NCBI GenBank assembly: GCA_963804165.1
Contig: CAWDPO010000017.1
Coordinates: 384,001 to 448,000 of the forward strand
From: an uncultured delta proteobacterium
GTDB lineage: Bacteria; Desulfobacterota; Binatia; UBA9968
Length of the DNA stretch: 64,000 nucleotides
Direction: 5' to 3'
Shown here one piece after another: positions 41,787-52,226 of the stretch; position 1 is the stretch's first letter, and every line of letters begins with the position of its first letter. A model generated the notes under the pieces. That model saw nothing but the letters and a program-made list of their open reading frames with translations. It ran no database searches and had not been told where the DNA came from. Both the position numbers and the translations under genes were made by a program.

Positions 41787-42858
41787 CTAATCGGCGCAGC
41801 CGCGAATCTTGGTCGGCCCGCCGGCGGCCTTTAGCGCTTCTTCGCCGAGCTTGACGTCGACGACCTGCTCGTAGGTAGGTTTTTTGTCGGCCTGAATGTC
41901 GCCGTTCTCGATGCCGTTGTCGATGGACCAGTCGGTACGCTCTCTGGAAAAGCCGGTGTTGACGCTCCAGACGCAATTTTTCACCAGGTAATCGTACGAG
42001 AAACTGACAGCCTCCTGAGGCTTCTTCGTCGCTTCCACCATGATCGGGATGACTTTTTCCTTCTGGTTGTAGATGACGCGGTTGGCCTCAATGAGGGATG
42101 TCGCCACGTCGCGCACCATGGCGCGGTCTTTGGTGAGCATGCTGTCGGCCGCGCCGTAAGCGTTGAAGAAATATTTCGGCATCAGCTTGGAGAGATCGAC
42201 GAGCACGTGCACACCCGGTTTTTCCTTCTGCGCCAGGTGAACGTCTTCCGGATGGAGCGCCACTCCGTTTAGCTGGCCGGCAAGAAGACCCGGGAAGTCT
42301 TCCCGCGGTCGCTTGGGAAATGAACTGAACGTCGTCGACTTTGAGGCCGGCGGTCTTGAGCACCTCGCGGCCCATCACCCAGTTGAAGCCGCCCACGCCG
42401 CCGCCGGTGGCGCTAAGCCGCTTGCCTTTAAGGTCCGCCGCGGTTTTGATTTCCTCGCTTACCATGTAGGCGTGCGGCAATCGTGGCGCCATGCCCCAAA
42501 ACTGCTTTGCCTTTAGGCCCTGCGAGATGGCTGTAGCGTTGATCGTGGCCACCGCTTGGCCTTGGGTGACCGCCGCCAGATTGGCTGCCGATGAGCCACC
42601 TTCGAACTCGACGATTTCGGCATCGATACAACGGCTTTTGAAGATTCCCAAATCGCGCGCCACATAGACCGGCGTGTGCACCACGTTGGGTGGCGCGACC
42701 GACACGCCGATTTTTATTTTGCGCATCTCTTTGCAAGGAGCCTTGGTTTGAGCCGCGGCGGTGCCGACTTCGGCAATGATCCCGGTCATAGCGGCGATCA
42801 TCATCAGCACCGCGCGCAACGCCAAAATAAGACGATTGCGATCATTTTCACTCGTCAT
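41787..42858 (-). CDS. NMT1/SsuA-like substrate-binding protein, frameshifted near 42290
   Basis: PVYVARDLGIF, ADLKGKRL. Operonic with a permease and an ATPase. Confidence 0.83.
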
Positions 42859-42879
42859 GTCTCGCCTCCTTAATTTGCG

Positions 42880-43755
42880 TCATTCTTGGTCCGGTTGGTG
42901 CATCCATGGTGCTACTCGCTTCTCAACGAAACGCAGCAAGCCGGTCAAAGTAATACCGAGAAGACCCAATGTCGCGATAGGTACGAACATCGCGTCGGTG
43001 CGATAGATGCTGGCATAGCGCGAGATCAGATAGCCGATGCCGGTGATCGCGGTATAGAGATCCGCGAGCACCATGCCGATCAAGCCGCGGCCGATTGCCA
43101 GCCGTAGGCCGGTCACAATGAAGGGCACCGCAGCGGGCAAGACGATGTGGATCCAGAGTTGTCTCTCACTGCAGCGAAAGGCGCGGCCCACCTCGGTTAG
43201 ATGGGCGTCGACGTTTTTAACACCCTGGTGCGTGTTGATCACGATGGGGAAAAAGGTAAAGAGAAAAACCACGGCGATCTTAGCGGTGGTCTCGAAGCCG
43301 AACCAGAGGACCAATACCGGCACCAGTGCCACTGATGGTATGGAATAGAGCGCCGTAATATAGGTGTCGAGAGCGACATCGACGACCCAGAAACGCGCCA
43401 TGACGAGTCCCAAGGCGATACCGAAGACGGTTGCGAGACCCAGGCCGGCGAACAGCACGATGAGGCTCTGGGAAAGATATTTCCACAGCTCGCCGCTGGC
43501 GATCATTTTGGCAGCAGCATTGCCGACCGCGGTGGGATAGGTAAATAGGACTGGATTGATGTGCCGGCCCACGTATTCCCAGGCACTAAGCACGACGACG
43601 AGAGAGATCACCCGAATCGCTATCTGAGTCGTGGCCCAGCGACGTTGCACGGCCCGTGCTCGCTCCCGCGCCGCCTGTTGCTCTGCGGCAAGCTCTTGGT
43701 GCGCGGTAGGCGCTGACGCAGCGGCGGATCGCTCTTCAGTGCTGCTGATGCTCAT
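42880..43755 (-). CDS. ABC permease, SsuC/TauC type
   Basis: IPSVALVP, FFPIVINT.QGV, LPAAVPFIVTGLRLA. Confidence 0.9.
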   Translation of the reverse strand: MSISSTEERSAAASAPTAHQELAAEQQAARERARAVQRRWATTQIAIRVISLVVVLSAWEYVGRHINPVLFTYPTAVGNAAAKMIASGELWKYLSQSLIVLFAGLGLATVFGIALGLVMARFWVVDVALDTYITALYSIPSVALVPVLVLWFGFETTAKIAVVFLFTFFPIVINTHQGVKNVDAHLTEVGRAFRCSERQLWIHIVLPAAVPFIVTGLRLAIGRGLIGMVLADLYTAITGIGYLISRYASIYRTDAMFVPIATLGLLGITLTGLLRFVEKRVAPWMHQPDQE

Positions 43756-44525
43756 TGCATCACCACCGAGGGACGCAGCTCCTCCCAAATATGGTTTCGG
43801 ATCTCGGTGTAGCGAGAATCGGCCCGCACCGCCGCTGGATCGCGCGGTCGTGGAAAACCCACCGTTAAAATTTCCTTGATGCGACCGGGGCGGGACGCCA
43901 TGACCGCCACTCGGTCACCCAAGATAATTGCCTCGTCGATCGAGTGGGTGATGAAAATCATGGTCTTACGTTCGCGCTCGTGGAGTTGAAGCAATTCCTC
44001 CTGAAGTACCTCGCGGGTTTGGGCGTCCACCGAAGCGAAGGGCTCGTCCATCAAAAGGATCTCAGGATCAATGGCAAGGGCGCGCGCTAAGCCCACCCGC
44101 TGCTGCATGCCGCCGCTTAGCTGGTAGGGATAATGGTTTTCAAAACCGGTCAATCCGACCAGCCGGATGTAGTGATCGAGGCGCTCGGCGATCAACTCGC
44201 GAGGCGCGCCGGCGATTCTAAGCCCGAAGGCGACGTTGTCCACCACGGACTTCCACGGCAATAAGCCGAAATGTTGGAAGACGATAGCGACGCCTTCGCG
44301 TGGACGATCAACGGCTTGATCGTCGATCAGAACTTGTCCGGTACTCGGCGGTAGGAGACCGCCGATGCAGCGCAGTAAAGTCGTCTTACCGCAACCGGAG
44401 GGCCCGACAACGCAAAGAACTTCCTGGTTGTTTATTTGTAGATCAACATTGCGAAAGGCGACGACGGTTCCCTCGAGGAAAAGCTTGCTGGCGTGGTCAA
44501 CCACGATTTTGGCGCCGATAGCCAT
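43752..44525 (-). CDS. ABC ATP-binding protein, SsuB/TauB type
   Basis: GPSGCGKT, LSGGMQQR, LLMDEPF, ITHSIDEA. Confidence 0.94.
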   Translation of the reverse strand: MAIGAKIVVDHASKLFLEGTVVAFRNVDLQINNQEVLCVVGPSGCGKTTLLRCIGGLLPPSTGQVLIDDQAVDRPREGVAIVFQHFGLLPWKSVVDNVAFGLRIAGAPRELIAERLDHYIRLVGLTGFENHYPYQLSGGMQQRVGLARALAIDPEILLMDEPFASVDAQTREVLQEELLQLHERERKTMIFITHSIDEAIILGDRVAVMASRPGRIKEILTVGFPRPRDPAAVRADSRYTEIRNHIWEELRPSVVMQ

Positions 44526-44690
44526 GCGAAAGATCTATCAGTTTAGAAATGCCTTTGTGAAAAAAACGCGCCGAAACGTACCAAGGCACCCACGACCTGT
44601 CAAGACAAGCGGAAAAGATTGAGTATCGAACATGGAAGATCCAAAATCGCGATTCTCAATCTTCGATCCTCCATTTCCCTGTAGCGCGCA

Positions 44691-45842
44691 TTACCGCCCC
44701 CACAGCTCTTTTGTTGCCAGGCGCGCGCCTTCGGCCATCGCTTCAAACTTCGACCAGGCGATTTGTGGATCGCCGACACGCGGGCCGAGACCGCAATCGG
44801 TTCCCGCCATAACGTTTTCGCGGCCGACGATCTTGGCGTAGCGGAGCAAACGATCGGCGATGGCTTGCGGGTGCTCGACGATATCCGTTGCATGGCCGAC
44901 GACCCCGGGCACGAGGACTTTACCAGCGGGAAGCTTTACTTCTTCCCAAACGCGCCACTCATGCTCGTGGCGCGGATTGGCGGCTTCAATGGAAATCGTG
45001 TTCGCTTTCACTTTGAGAATCAGATCGATGATGTCACGCAGCGGAATATCGTACTTGTGCGGGCCGTGATAACTGCCCCAGCAGGTGTGAAAGCGCACGC
45101 GGTCCGATGGGATATCTCTCAGGCCGTGATTGAGCGCGTCGACGCGCAGCTCGGCGTACTTGCGATATTCCGGCACGGTCATCTTCGACATGAACTGCCA
45201 GCCGTCAGGCAGATCGGGATCGTCGATCTGCAGCAAGAAGCCGGCGTCGACGATCGCCTTATATTCCTCGTGCATCGCGTCGGCGATGGCAATCAGATAG
45301 GCTTCGTCGCTCGGATAGTAATCGTTTTTCATCCAGTGCTCGATGGTGCCGGGCGCGATGGCGGGAAGAAAAGCTTCTTCGTAATTTTGGTCCTGAAGCC
45401 CTGCCTTGAAATCCTCGATTTCCGATTTCAGAGAATCATGGCCGACATATTTCAGCGGCGCGTCGCAAAACACCCGTTTGACGTTGTCGCCGCGATGATA
45501 AGACCGATTTTGAAAATACTCGCGGAATTCCACCAAGTCGCGGGCATAGATCGTCGAAGTCTGATCGCCGGGCTTGGCGTCGCGCTCGATGAAGCCGCTC
45601 AAGCGCTCGCGCGCGTAGCGTGAGAAATTCGACTTGCCGACTTCGCCGTCGTTGATGATGTCGACGCCGCAGGCAATCTGTTTCTTCACCGCTTCCGCTA
45701 CCGCGGCGCGGACTCTTTGGCTGAAAGCGTCCGGACTCAATGGTGTGCCCGAGTCTTTGGCGATGTGCATCTGTTTTAAATCTGGCGGCTGCGGCAAGGC
45801 GCCGGCGTGGGTGGTCAGTATTCGGTCAGTGCTGTATTTCAT
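44691..45842 (-). CDS. Cobalamin-independent methionine synthase II family (single-barrel MetE-like)
   Basis: ILTTHAGALP, NDGE, LQIDDP, Zn ligands HTCWG, E and TDCGLG. Confidence 0.88.
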   Translation of the reverse strand: MKYSTDRILTTHAGALPQPPDLKQMHIAKDSGTPLSPDAFSQRVRAAVAEAVKKQIACGVDIINDGEVGKSNFSRYARERLSGFIERDAKPGDQTSTIYARDLVEFREYFQNRSYHRGDNVKRVFCDAPLKYVGHDSLKSEIEDFKAGLQDQNYEEAFLPAIAPGTIEHWMKNDYYPSDEAYLIAIADAMHEEYKAIVDAGFLLQIDDPDLPDGWQFMSKMTVPEYRKYAELRVDALNHGLRDIPSDRVRFHTCWGSYHGPHKYDIPLRDIIDLILKVKANTISIEAANPRHEHEWRVWEEVKLPAGKVLVPGVVGHATDIVEHPQAIADRLLRYAKIVGRENVMAGTDCGLGPRVGDPQIAWSKFEAMAEGARLATKELWGR

Positions 45843-45957
45843 TAGCTTTCCTGTTCTAAACGGCTGGAATGATTGAAACTGTTGGAACGATTATAACCGT
45901 TCCATACGTTCCAGTTGTTCCAGCCGTTCCAAGAGGTTGTCACAGAAACGATACCAT

Positions 45958-46992
45958 CTACTTGAGTGACTCCCCGACTTTTTGAACGAAACTAAAATCG
46001 AAGACGCGCTCCGGCGGCACCGGTTCTTTCGGTTTGATGCGCTGCGACGCGGTGGCGATCATCTCGCGCTGGAGTTTCTCATCGACGGTGGGCGTTTGCA
46101 GATAAAGCTGTACAGCCGCATCGTAGATTCGCTCCGCATAGCGTTCCTTGTCCTTGCCCAATTCGAGATAGGGTCCCTTTATGAACTCGATCGCGTATTT
46201 CTTGTCGTTCCTGATGAGTCGAACCGCACGCGTCGTCGCCCGGATCATTTTGCTGACCAGATCGGGACGGTCTTTGAGGATGGCCTTGGTCGTCGTGAGT
46301 CCGCCCATGACGGCGCGGTAGACATCCGCGCCGGCGGCGAGATTGCGAAAGCCTTCATCGACGGCAAAAAATTTCTGCGGGATCTGCAGCATAGTGGCGT
46401 CGATGGCGCCGGCTTTCAAGGCGACGTAGGTCACGTCGCTGGATCCCAGCGGGAGCAAAGTGACTTGCTCCGTCGGGACCTGATGGGCGATCAAAATCTG
46501 CCGCGTGAGAATTTCCGCCAATGATCCGACTCCCGAAACACCGAGCTTTTTACCTCGCAGTTGTTGGATATTCGTGATGCTCGGCAGCGAAATCAAATCG
46601 AATGTCGGACGGTCCGTTAGAGCGTAGATGAGTCGGAGGTCGGCGCCGCTTACCGCCGCGCTGATGCCGGTGCCGGTCGCCGTGGCGAAATCGATGCCGC
46701 CGGCTAACAGGACCTGCGGCGTCAGACCGGCTTTCACAAATACAAGCTCGGGTTCCAAGCCTTCTTCGCGAAACAATCCTCTGTCGCGGGCGATCATATA
46801 GGGCATGTCGAGGATGCTGCGTGAAACGTAACCGATGCGCACGGGCAGGAGCTTGGCGGATTTTTCCGCGGCCCACAGGTTCGCGCGAACTAAAAGAAAG
46901 GCCACGAACAAACTGCAGGGCGGCAATAATACGCGCACTGTTGTTCTCACGGCTTGTCGCCTTCCCCGTGCGTTATTTGAATGAATCCGCAA
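45958..46992 (-). CDS. NMT1/SsuA-like substrate-binding protein
   Basis: IARDRGLFREEGLEPEL, QLRGKKLGV. Start uncertain. Confidence 0.85.
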   Translation of the reverse strand: MRIHSNNARGRRQAVRTTVRVLLPPCSLFVAFLLVRANLWAAEKSAKLLPVRIGYVSRSILDMPYMIARDRGLFREEGLEPELVFVKAGLTPQVLLAGGIDFATATGTGISAAVSGADLRLIYALTDRPTFDLISLPSITNIQQLRGKKLGVSGVGSLAEILTRQILIAHQVPTEQVTLLPLGSSDVTYVALKAGAIDATMLQIPQKFFAVDEGFRNLAAGADVYRAVMGGLTTTKAILKDRPDLVSKMIRATTRAVRLIRNDKKYAIEFIKGPYLELGKDKERYAERIYDAAVQLYLQTPTVDEKLQREMIATASQRIKPKEPVPPERVFDFSFVQKVGESLK

Positions 46993-47965
46993 CTCTCAAT
47001 GCGAAGCTGAAATCGAACACGCGCTCCGGCGGCGCCAACTCCTTGGGTTTGATGCGCTGCGCGGCCACGCTGATCATCTCTCGCTGCAGCCTTTCATCGA
47101 CGGCGCCGGAAGTCAGGTAATACTGCAGCCCGGCGTTGTAGATACGGTCGGCGAAGCGATCACGATCCTTGCCGAGGTCGAGATACGGTCCTTTAATGAA
47201 CTCCACGGCATATTTCCTATCGGCGCGAATGAGCCGGAGCGCTCTCTGCGTGGCGCGAATCATTTTTGTCACCAGCTCGGGGCGCTCGTTGATCGTTGCC
47301 TTCGTGGTGGTCAGCCCGCCCTGGACGGCCCGGTAGAAATCCGCGCCCGCGGCAAGCTTTCGGAAGCCTTCGTCTTGAGCGAGGAACGTCTGCGGGATCT
47401 GCAGCATGGTGGCGTCGATGGTGCCGGCCTTTAACGCAATGTAAAGGACATCGCTTGTGCCCAGGGGTAGAAATGTTACCTGGTCGGGCGGAATCTTGTT
47501 GGCGAGAAAAATTTGCCGGGCGAGAATCTCCGCAAGCGCGCCAAAGGCCGTGATGCCGATTTTTTTGCCGCGGATTTGTTGTAGCGTTGCGACGCTCGGA
47601 TGGGCCAGCAGGTCGAAGGACGGCTTGTCCGTCAGGGCGAAGACGATCCGCACGTCGACGCCGCTCACCGCTGCCGCTACAGCCGTGCCGGTCGCCGTGC
47701 CGAAATCGATCCCGCCGGCGAGCATCGCGGGAATCGTCTGAGCCGCTTTCATGAAAATAAGCTCGGGTTCAAGCCCTTCCTCGCGAAAATAGCCGCGGTC
47801 ACGGGCGATGATAAAAGGCATGTCCAGGATGCTGCGCGAAACATAGCCGATGCGCACGGGCGGGAGCTTGGCAGTTGTTTCCGCCGGCCAAATCCGCTCG
47901 ACCGGGGCCGCAAATAGTACAACGACGGCAAGGCCGATCAGTGCGGAGCGAAGTCCAATAGTCAT
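46973..47965 (-). CDS. NMT1/SsuA-like substrate-binding protein, close tandem paralog of the previous gene
   Basis: Shares VRIGYVSRSILDMP, IDATMLQIPQ, FIKGPYL and PPERVFDFSF. Confidence 0.87.
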   Translation of the reverse strand: MTIGLRSALIGLAVVVLFAAPVERIWPAETTAKLPPVRIGYVSRSILDMPFIIARDRGYFREEGLEPELIFMKAAQTIPAMLAGGIDFGTATGTAVAAAVSGVDVRIVFALTDKPSFDLLAHPSVATLQQIRGKKIGITAFGALAEILARQIFLANKIPPDQVTFLPLGTSDVLYIALKAGTIDATMLQIPQTFLAQDEGFRKLAAGADFYRAVQGGLTTTKATINERPELVTKMIRATQRALRLIRADRKYAVEFIKGPYLDLGKDRDRFADRIYNAGLQYYLTSGAVDERLQREMISVAAQRIKPKELAPPERVFDFSFALRVADSFK

Positions 47966-48050
47966 CTTTTGTGCTTCCGCTTTACATAGGCCCAGACGCA
48001 AGCCTCAAAACTTCAAACACGAGACCCGAAACGGAAAACCCGAAACCATC

Positions 48051-48719
48051 CTATGCATAGGCGTCATAGATGCCGTCGAACTTGGCGAGCTTGAAACGCA
48101 CCATGTTTTTGGCGGCGGCGCGCACCAGTTCCTTTTCACGATCCGAATTGGCGTTGCGGGCGATGGTCTCGGCGGCCATCGCCGTGTGTTCCTGGTCGAC
48201 TTTGCCGTGCACGATAAAAAAAGTACGGGCGCGACTATCGAGACCGAAATGCTTCTCCAGCGCAGCATCGAATTCGTCCGAGTATCGTTGGACCATGGTT
48301 TCGTTCACCAGCGCGCCGGCGCGGGTTTCCGCCGCTGTGCCGAGAAACATGCCGCGAATGATCGCTGCGGTATGGGCGACGCATTCGAAGATCATGATCT
48401 CCTTGTCGAAATCTTCGTCGGTCAAACCCATGGCTTGGCCGAACCGTTTCATTAACGCGGGATGGGACGATTCTTCAACGAAGAGCTCGACGAACTGATT
48501 GTACGCCGGCGGGTTGCTGGCATTCTTCACCATGCAGAAGGCGAGCCCCTTGTTGATCGCATGATTAGATAGGTAGTGCTGCATGGCGAAGCCGGCGAGA
48601 CGCTTTTTAGAAAGCTTGCCCTGGCGCAGCTCGCTGAAATACCGGCCGTTCATCAGCTGGTCGACGCCCGGCCGTATAATTTCATGCAACACGGACTCGA
48701 CGAAAGCTTCGTTTCCCAT
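48051..48719 (-). CDS. Heme-oxygenase-like dimetal oxidase (CADD/PqqC/TenA fold)
   Basis: EESSH...NE...FFIVHGKVDQEH gives an E/H/E/H/D/H ligand pattern as in CADD. Confidence 0.78.
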   Translation of the reverse strand: MGNEAFVESVLHEIIRPGVDQLMNGRYFSELRQGKLSKKRLAGFAMQHYLSNHAINKGLAFCMVKNASNPPAYNQFVELFVEESSHPALMKRFGQAMGLTDEDFDKEIMIFECVAHTAAIIRGMFLGTAAETRAGALVNETMVQRYSDEFDAALEKHFGLDSRARTFFIVHGKVDQEHTAMAAETIARNANSDREKELVRAAAKNMVRFKLAKFDGIYDAYA

Positions 48720-48777
48720 AAAAACTCCTTAGATTCCGTTAAAGTTGAGACACAGAAACATTCTCAGAGGAGAAAAG

Positions 48778-49320
48778 GAGTGTCAAGGGAGAATTTTGCC
48801 GAGCGGCGCCTGCGAATCGGTGGCGATCAACTCACATGGGCTCCCCGTAAGTCCCCGTTTATACAGATCGGCTAAAAACGCTTCCCAGCACGCCCCCGAT
48901 TCACTGGCTGCGGGATAAAAATCAATCATCTCATGGCGGCCTTCCACCGTGATGCCGAAGGCACAAAGTAAGATCTTCTTTTGCACCTTGACCGCTCCTT
49001 TGCTCTTTAACACTACGCCATCGAAGAATAGATACTGATATTGATCCTTGAGCGCACGGCCGTGATAGCCACTGACCTCCTGGTCCAAATCCCGCGCGAT
49101 GCGCGAAATCGTGGAGGCCGAGACCTTCTCTCCCAGCACAGGAGCCAGCACTGAGGCGGCTTTGCGCGTCGACAGCCCTAAACAAAAACAGGCCAACAAC
49201 ACCTTATCGACCGAGCGGCAGCGCCGGGCATAGCGCTCAAAGAGCTTGGAAGGAAACTTTCCCCTACGGCATCTCGGCACTAAAAGCTCGATATCTCCCA
49301 TCTCGGTCAACAGATGTCAT
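48778..49320 (-). mobile_element. IS256-family remnant (internal transposase fragment plus one probable end)
   Basis: GDIELLVPR, GLSTRK, VSASTISRI, YLFFDG, GITVEG, LYKRGL..LIATD. CAAAATTCTCCCTTGACACTC at the 3' end resembles an IS256 inverted repeat. Confidence 0.8.
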
Positions 49321-49459
49321 TTGGCCAACCTTGGTTGACAGCCCGGCGTGAGCCTCCTTATATTCGGTTGCGCCGCCAGTGGACCGAGGACGCGGCGGCA
49401 ATCGACAGATCAAGGGCGTAGGAATCTCTTGAGGCCAGACAATTTTGAGAGGATATAAA

Positions 49460-50302
49460 ATGGCCAAGGCGACGCTCAACGGCGTAGAAATCTACTATGA
49501 AGCGGAGGGGAGCGGCGAAGCAGTGCTGTTCCTGCCGGCTTCTTGGTGGCCGTCGGACACGTGGAACGTTGGGGTCGTGCCGTTTCTGTCACGCCGATTT
49601 AGAACGATTATCCTCGATTGCCGCGGCACCGGCCGAAGCGGCAAGCCGAACGACGGCTACACGGTGGAGCAGTTCGCTCGAGACGGCATCGCCTTGTTGG
49701 AGCATCTGGGCGTGCCGCGTTGCCACGCTGTCGGTTTCGCCCTCGGCGGCCAGATCGTTCAAGCGATGGCCATCGAGCGCCCCGATCTGGTGGCAACGCT
49801 GACTATCGCGGCTTCCGGCGCAGGGGCGAAAACGCTCACGGGCGGACCGCGTAGCTTGTCGCCCGATACGGAGCGCGAAATTCGCGACATCGGCTTTGAG
49901 CGCTACATCCGCAACTACATCGAGAACGACACGATGGCGTTTACCCCAAAATTCTATCGCGAGCATCCGGAAGTGGTGGCGGCTCTCGCCGATGCGGTTT
50001 GGTCGGGACAAAGCACGGTGGAAATGTTTCGCCGCCACGAGGACGCGCGGCTCACTTGGGATACTCTGGCGAAGGCGGCCGAGGTGAAAGTGCCGGCGCT
50101 GATTATTTGCGGCGCCGACGACGACGTGAGCCGGCGCGGCAGCACGCCCGTCGGCACGGCGGAGCGTCTCGCCGAGCTGACGCCCGGCTGCGAATTGTTT
50201 TTGATTCCAAACACGAAGCATATGACGTTCTGGGATGGCACCGGTGGATTGGTTGCGCTGCAAGAGTTCTTGATCCGCCACCCGATTGGAGCAACGCAGT
50301 GA
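49460..50302 (+). CDS. Alpha/beta-hydrolase-fold protein lacking the Ser nucleophile (copy 1)
   Basis: DCRGTGRS, GFALGG at the nucleophile elbow, GADDD, KHMTFWDG. Confidence 0.88.
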   Translation: MAKATLNGVEIYYEAEGSGEAVLFLPASWWPSDTWNVGVVPFLSRRFRTIILDCRGTGRSGKPNDGYTVEQFARDGIALLEHLGVPRCHAVGFALGGQIVQAMAIERPDLVATLTIAASGAGAKTLTGGPRSLSPDTEREIRDIGFERYIRNYIENDTMAFTPKFYREHPEVVAALADAVWSGQSTVEMFRRHEDARLTWDTLAKAAEVKVPALIICGADDDVSRRGSTPVGTAERLAELTPGCELFLIPNTKHMTFWDGTGGLVALQEFLIRHPIGATQ

Positions 50303-51306
50303 TTTTCACATCCGAACTCTTCAAGAGGTTTCTGCGCAGTGCATTCATGTTCTTCATCTGTTGCGTTGTAGCGGCGCTGTCGAGTTTCGTCGAAGCGCAA
50401 ACCAAAAAAGTTCGCGTCGCGGTTCCCGGCTACACGATCGCAGTGCTGTCGTTTCTTGCCGCCAAGATGAACGGCTATTACGTTGGGGAAGGTTTGGACG
50501 TTGAACTGATCGCGATGCGCGCGCCCACGGCTAATTTGGCGCTCATCGGCGGCAACGTCGAGTTTTCGGCAGTTCCACTCGCCGGTCTTACGACCGCGCT
50601 GCGCGGCGCACCGTTGAAATTGATTTTCTGCCAGTTCGACAAACCGCAGCATTCGCTTTACGCCAAGGCGGAGTTTCCCAACATCAAGGCGTTGCGCGGA
50701 AAGAAAGTCGCTGTTTCTGGCCTCGGTACCATCGACGATATTTTGCTGCGCGAAGCACTCGGCGGGAGTGGTGTCGATCCCGCACGGGATGTCACTGTTC
50801 TCGCGATGGGTGCAGCGGACACCCGATTTAGCGCTCTTGTCAGCGGCGCCATCGATGCGTCGATGCTGATCGCTCCGGTTTCCTTTTACGCTCAGGAGCA
50901 GGGATTCAAAGAGTTGGCTTCGTTTCAGGACTTAGGTTTTGTTCTGCCCAGCGGCGGTATCGTTGCTCGTGACGAAACCTTAAAGAACGATGCGATCACT
51001 GCGGAACGATTTGTCCGGGCAACAATTATGGGTTTCTTGTTCATGCGCGACAATCGTCCGGGAACGCTCAAGGTCATGTCGCGAATGCTTCGAATTGATG
51101 AGTCGACGGCGGCCAAGCTTTATGACTCGTCTCGGCCAACTCTGACAAACGACGGCACGGTCACGGGAGAATCGGAAAAAAAGATGACCGGTATGGTCCT
51201 CAAAATTGCTGGCGTCAAAGAAGCTCCACCGATGGATAAGCTCTATGACTTCTCGCTTGTGAAGAAAGCCCATGCGGCGCTACAAGCGAAAGGGTGGCGC
51301 CCGTAA
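50299..51306 (+). CDS. NMT1/SsuA-like substrate-binding protein
   Basis: GYYVGEGLDVELI, LRGKKVAV, RFSALVSGAIDA. GTGA overlap with the upstream gene. Confidence 0.86.
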   Translation: MIFTSELFKRFLRSAFMFFICCVVAALSSFVEAQTKKVRVAVPGYTIAVLSFLAAKMNGYYVGEGLDVELIAMRAPTANLALIGGNVEFSAVPLAGLTTALRGAPLKLIFCQFDKPQHSLYAKAEFPNIKALRGKKVAVSGLGTIDDILLREALGGSGVDPARDVTVLAMGAADTRFSALVSGAIDASMLIAPVSFYAQEQGFKELASFQDLGFVLPSGGIVARDETLKNDAITAERFVRATIMGFLFMRDNRPGTLKVMSRMLRIDESTAAKLYDSSRPTLTNDGTVTGESEKKMTGMVLKIAGVKEAPPMDKLYDFSLVKKAHAALQAKGWRP

Positions 51307-51352
51307 CCAAGGCGCATTGTGGAATCGAGCAAACAGACTAGCGAGGTTGACC

Positions 51353-52183
51353 ATGTCTAGCGCGAAAATCGGCGACATCGACATCTATTATGAGGACCAT
51401 GGACAAGGCGAGCCGGTGCTGCTCGCGCCGCCGTCGTGGTGGCCGAGCGATACCTGGAAGGTCGGCGTCGTGCCGTTTTTATCGCAGCGGTACCGCACGA
51501 TCATATTTGATTGCCGCGGCACGGGTTATTCGAGCAAGCCCGATCATGGTTATACGATCAGCCAGTTCGCCAAGGACTGCGCGGGTCTTCTGGAACATCT
51601 GAAAATTTCCCGTGCTCATGCGGCGGGATTTGCGCTCGGCGGCCAGATCGTGCAGGCGCTCGCCATCGAGCGGCCCGACTTAGTCGCAACCTTGACGATC
51701 GCCGCCGCTGGAGCGGGAATGAAGGCGACCAGCGGCGCGCCGCGCGAGGCGCGCAATACCGACGAGGAGGAGATTCGCGCGCACGGCTTCGAGCGCTTCA
51801 TCCGCGGTCATATCGAGAACACACACATGGCGTTCGATCCGAAGTTTTACAAAGAGCGCCCCGAAGTTGTCCAGGCGCTTTCCGACGCGCTATGGAAAAG
51901 GCAGACGAGCCCTGAGCAGCACCAGTATCACTACGAGGCCCGGCGCACCTGGGACACCCTCGGTAACGCGCCGAAGGTCAAAGTGCCGACGTTAATCCTT
52001 TGCGGCGCCGACGATGACGTCAATCGTGGCGGCAGCACGCCGGTCGGCACGGCGCGCAAACTTGGCGAATTGGTTCCCGGCTGCGAGCTTGCGCTCGTGC
52101 CTAACGTCAAGCATATGACTTTTTGGGACGGCGACGGCGCGCTCCACGCGCTGCAGGATTTTTTGCAAAGGCATCGCATTTAA
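51353..52183 (+). CDS. Alpha/beta-hydrolase-fold protein lacking the Ser nucleophile (copy 2)
   Basis: PPSWWPSDTW, GFALGG, GADDD, KHMTFWDG. Confidence 0.88.
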   Translation: MSSAKIGDIDIYYEDHGQGEPVLLAPPSWWPSDTWKVGVVPFLSQRYRTIIFDCRGTGYSSKPDHGYTISQFAKDCAGLLEHLKISRAHAAGFALGGQIVQALAIERPDLVATLTIAAAGAGMKATSGAPREARNTDEEEIRAHGFERFIRGHIENTHMAFDPKFYKERPEVVQALSDALWKRQTSPEQHQYHYEARRTWDTLGNAPKVKVPTLILCGADDDVNRGGSTPVGTARKLGELVPGCELALVPNVKHMTFWDGDGALHALQDFLQRHRI

Positions 52184-52226
52184 TAACGTTGAACCTTGAA
52201 CGTTTGAACTCTTGAACCAGCGGAGG

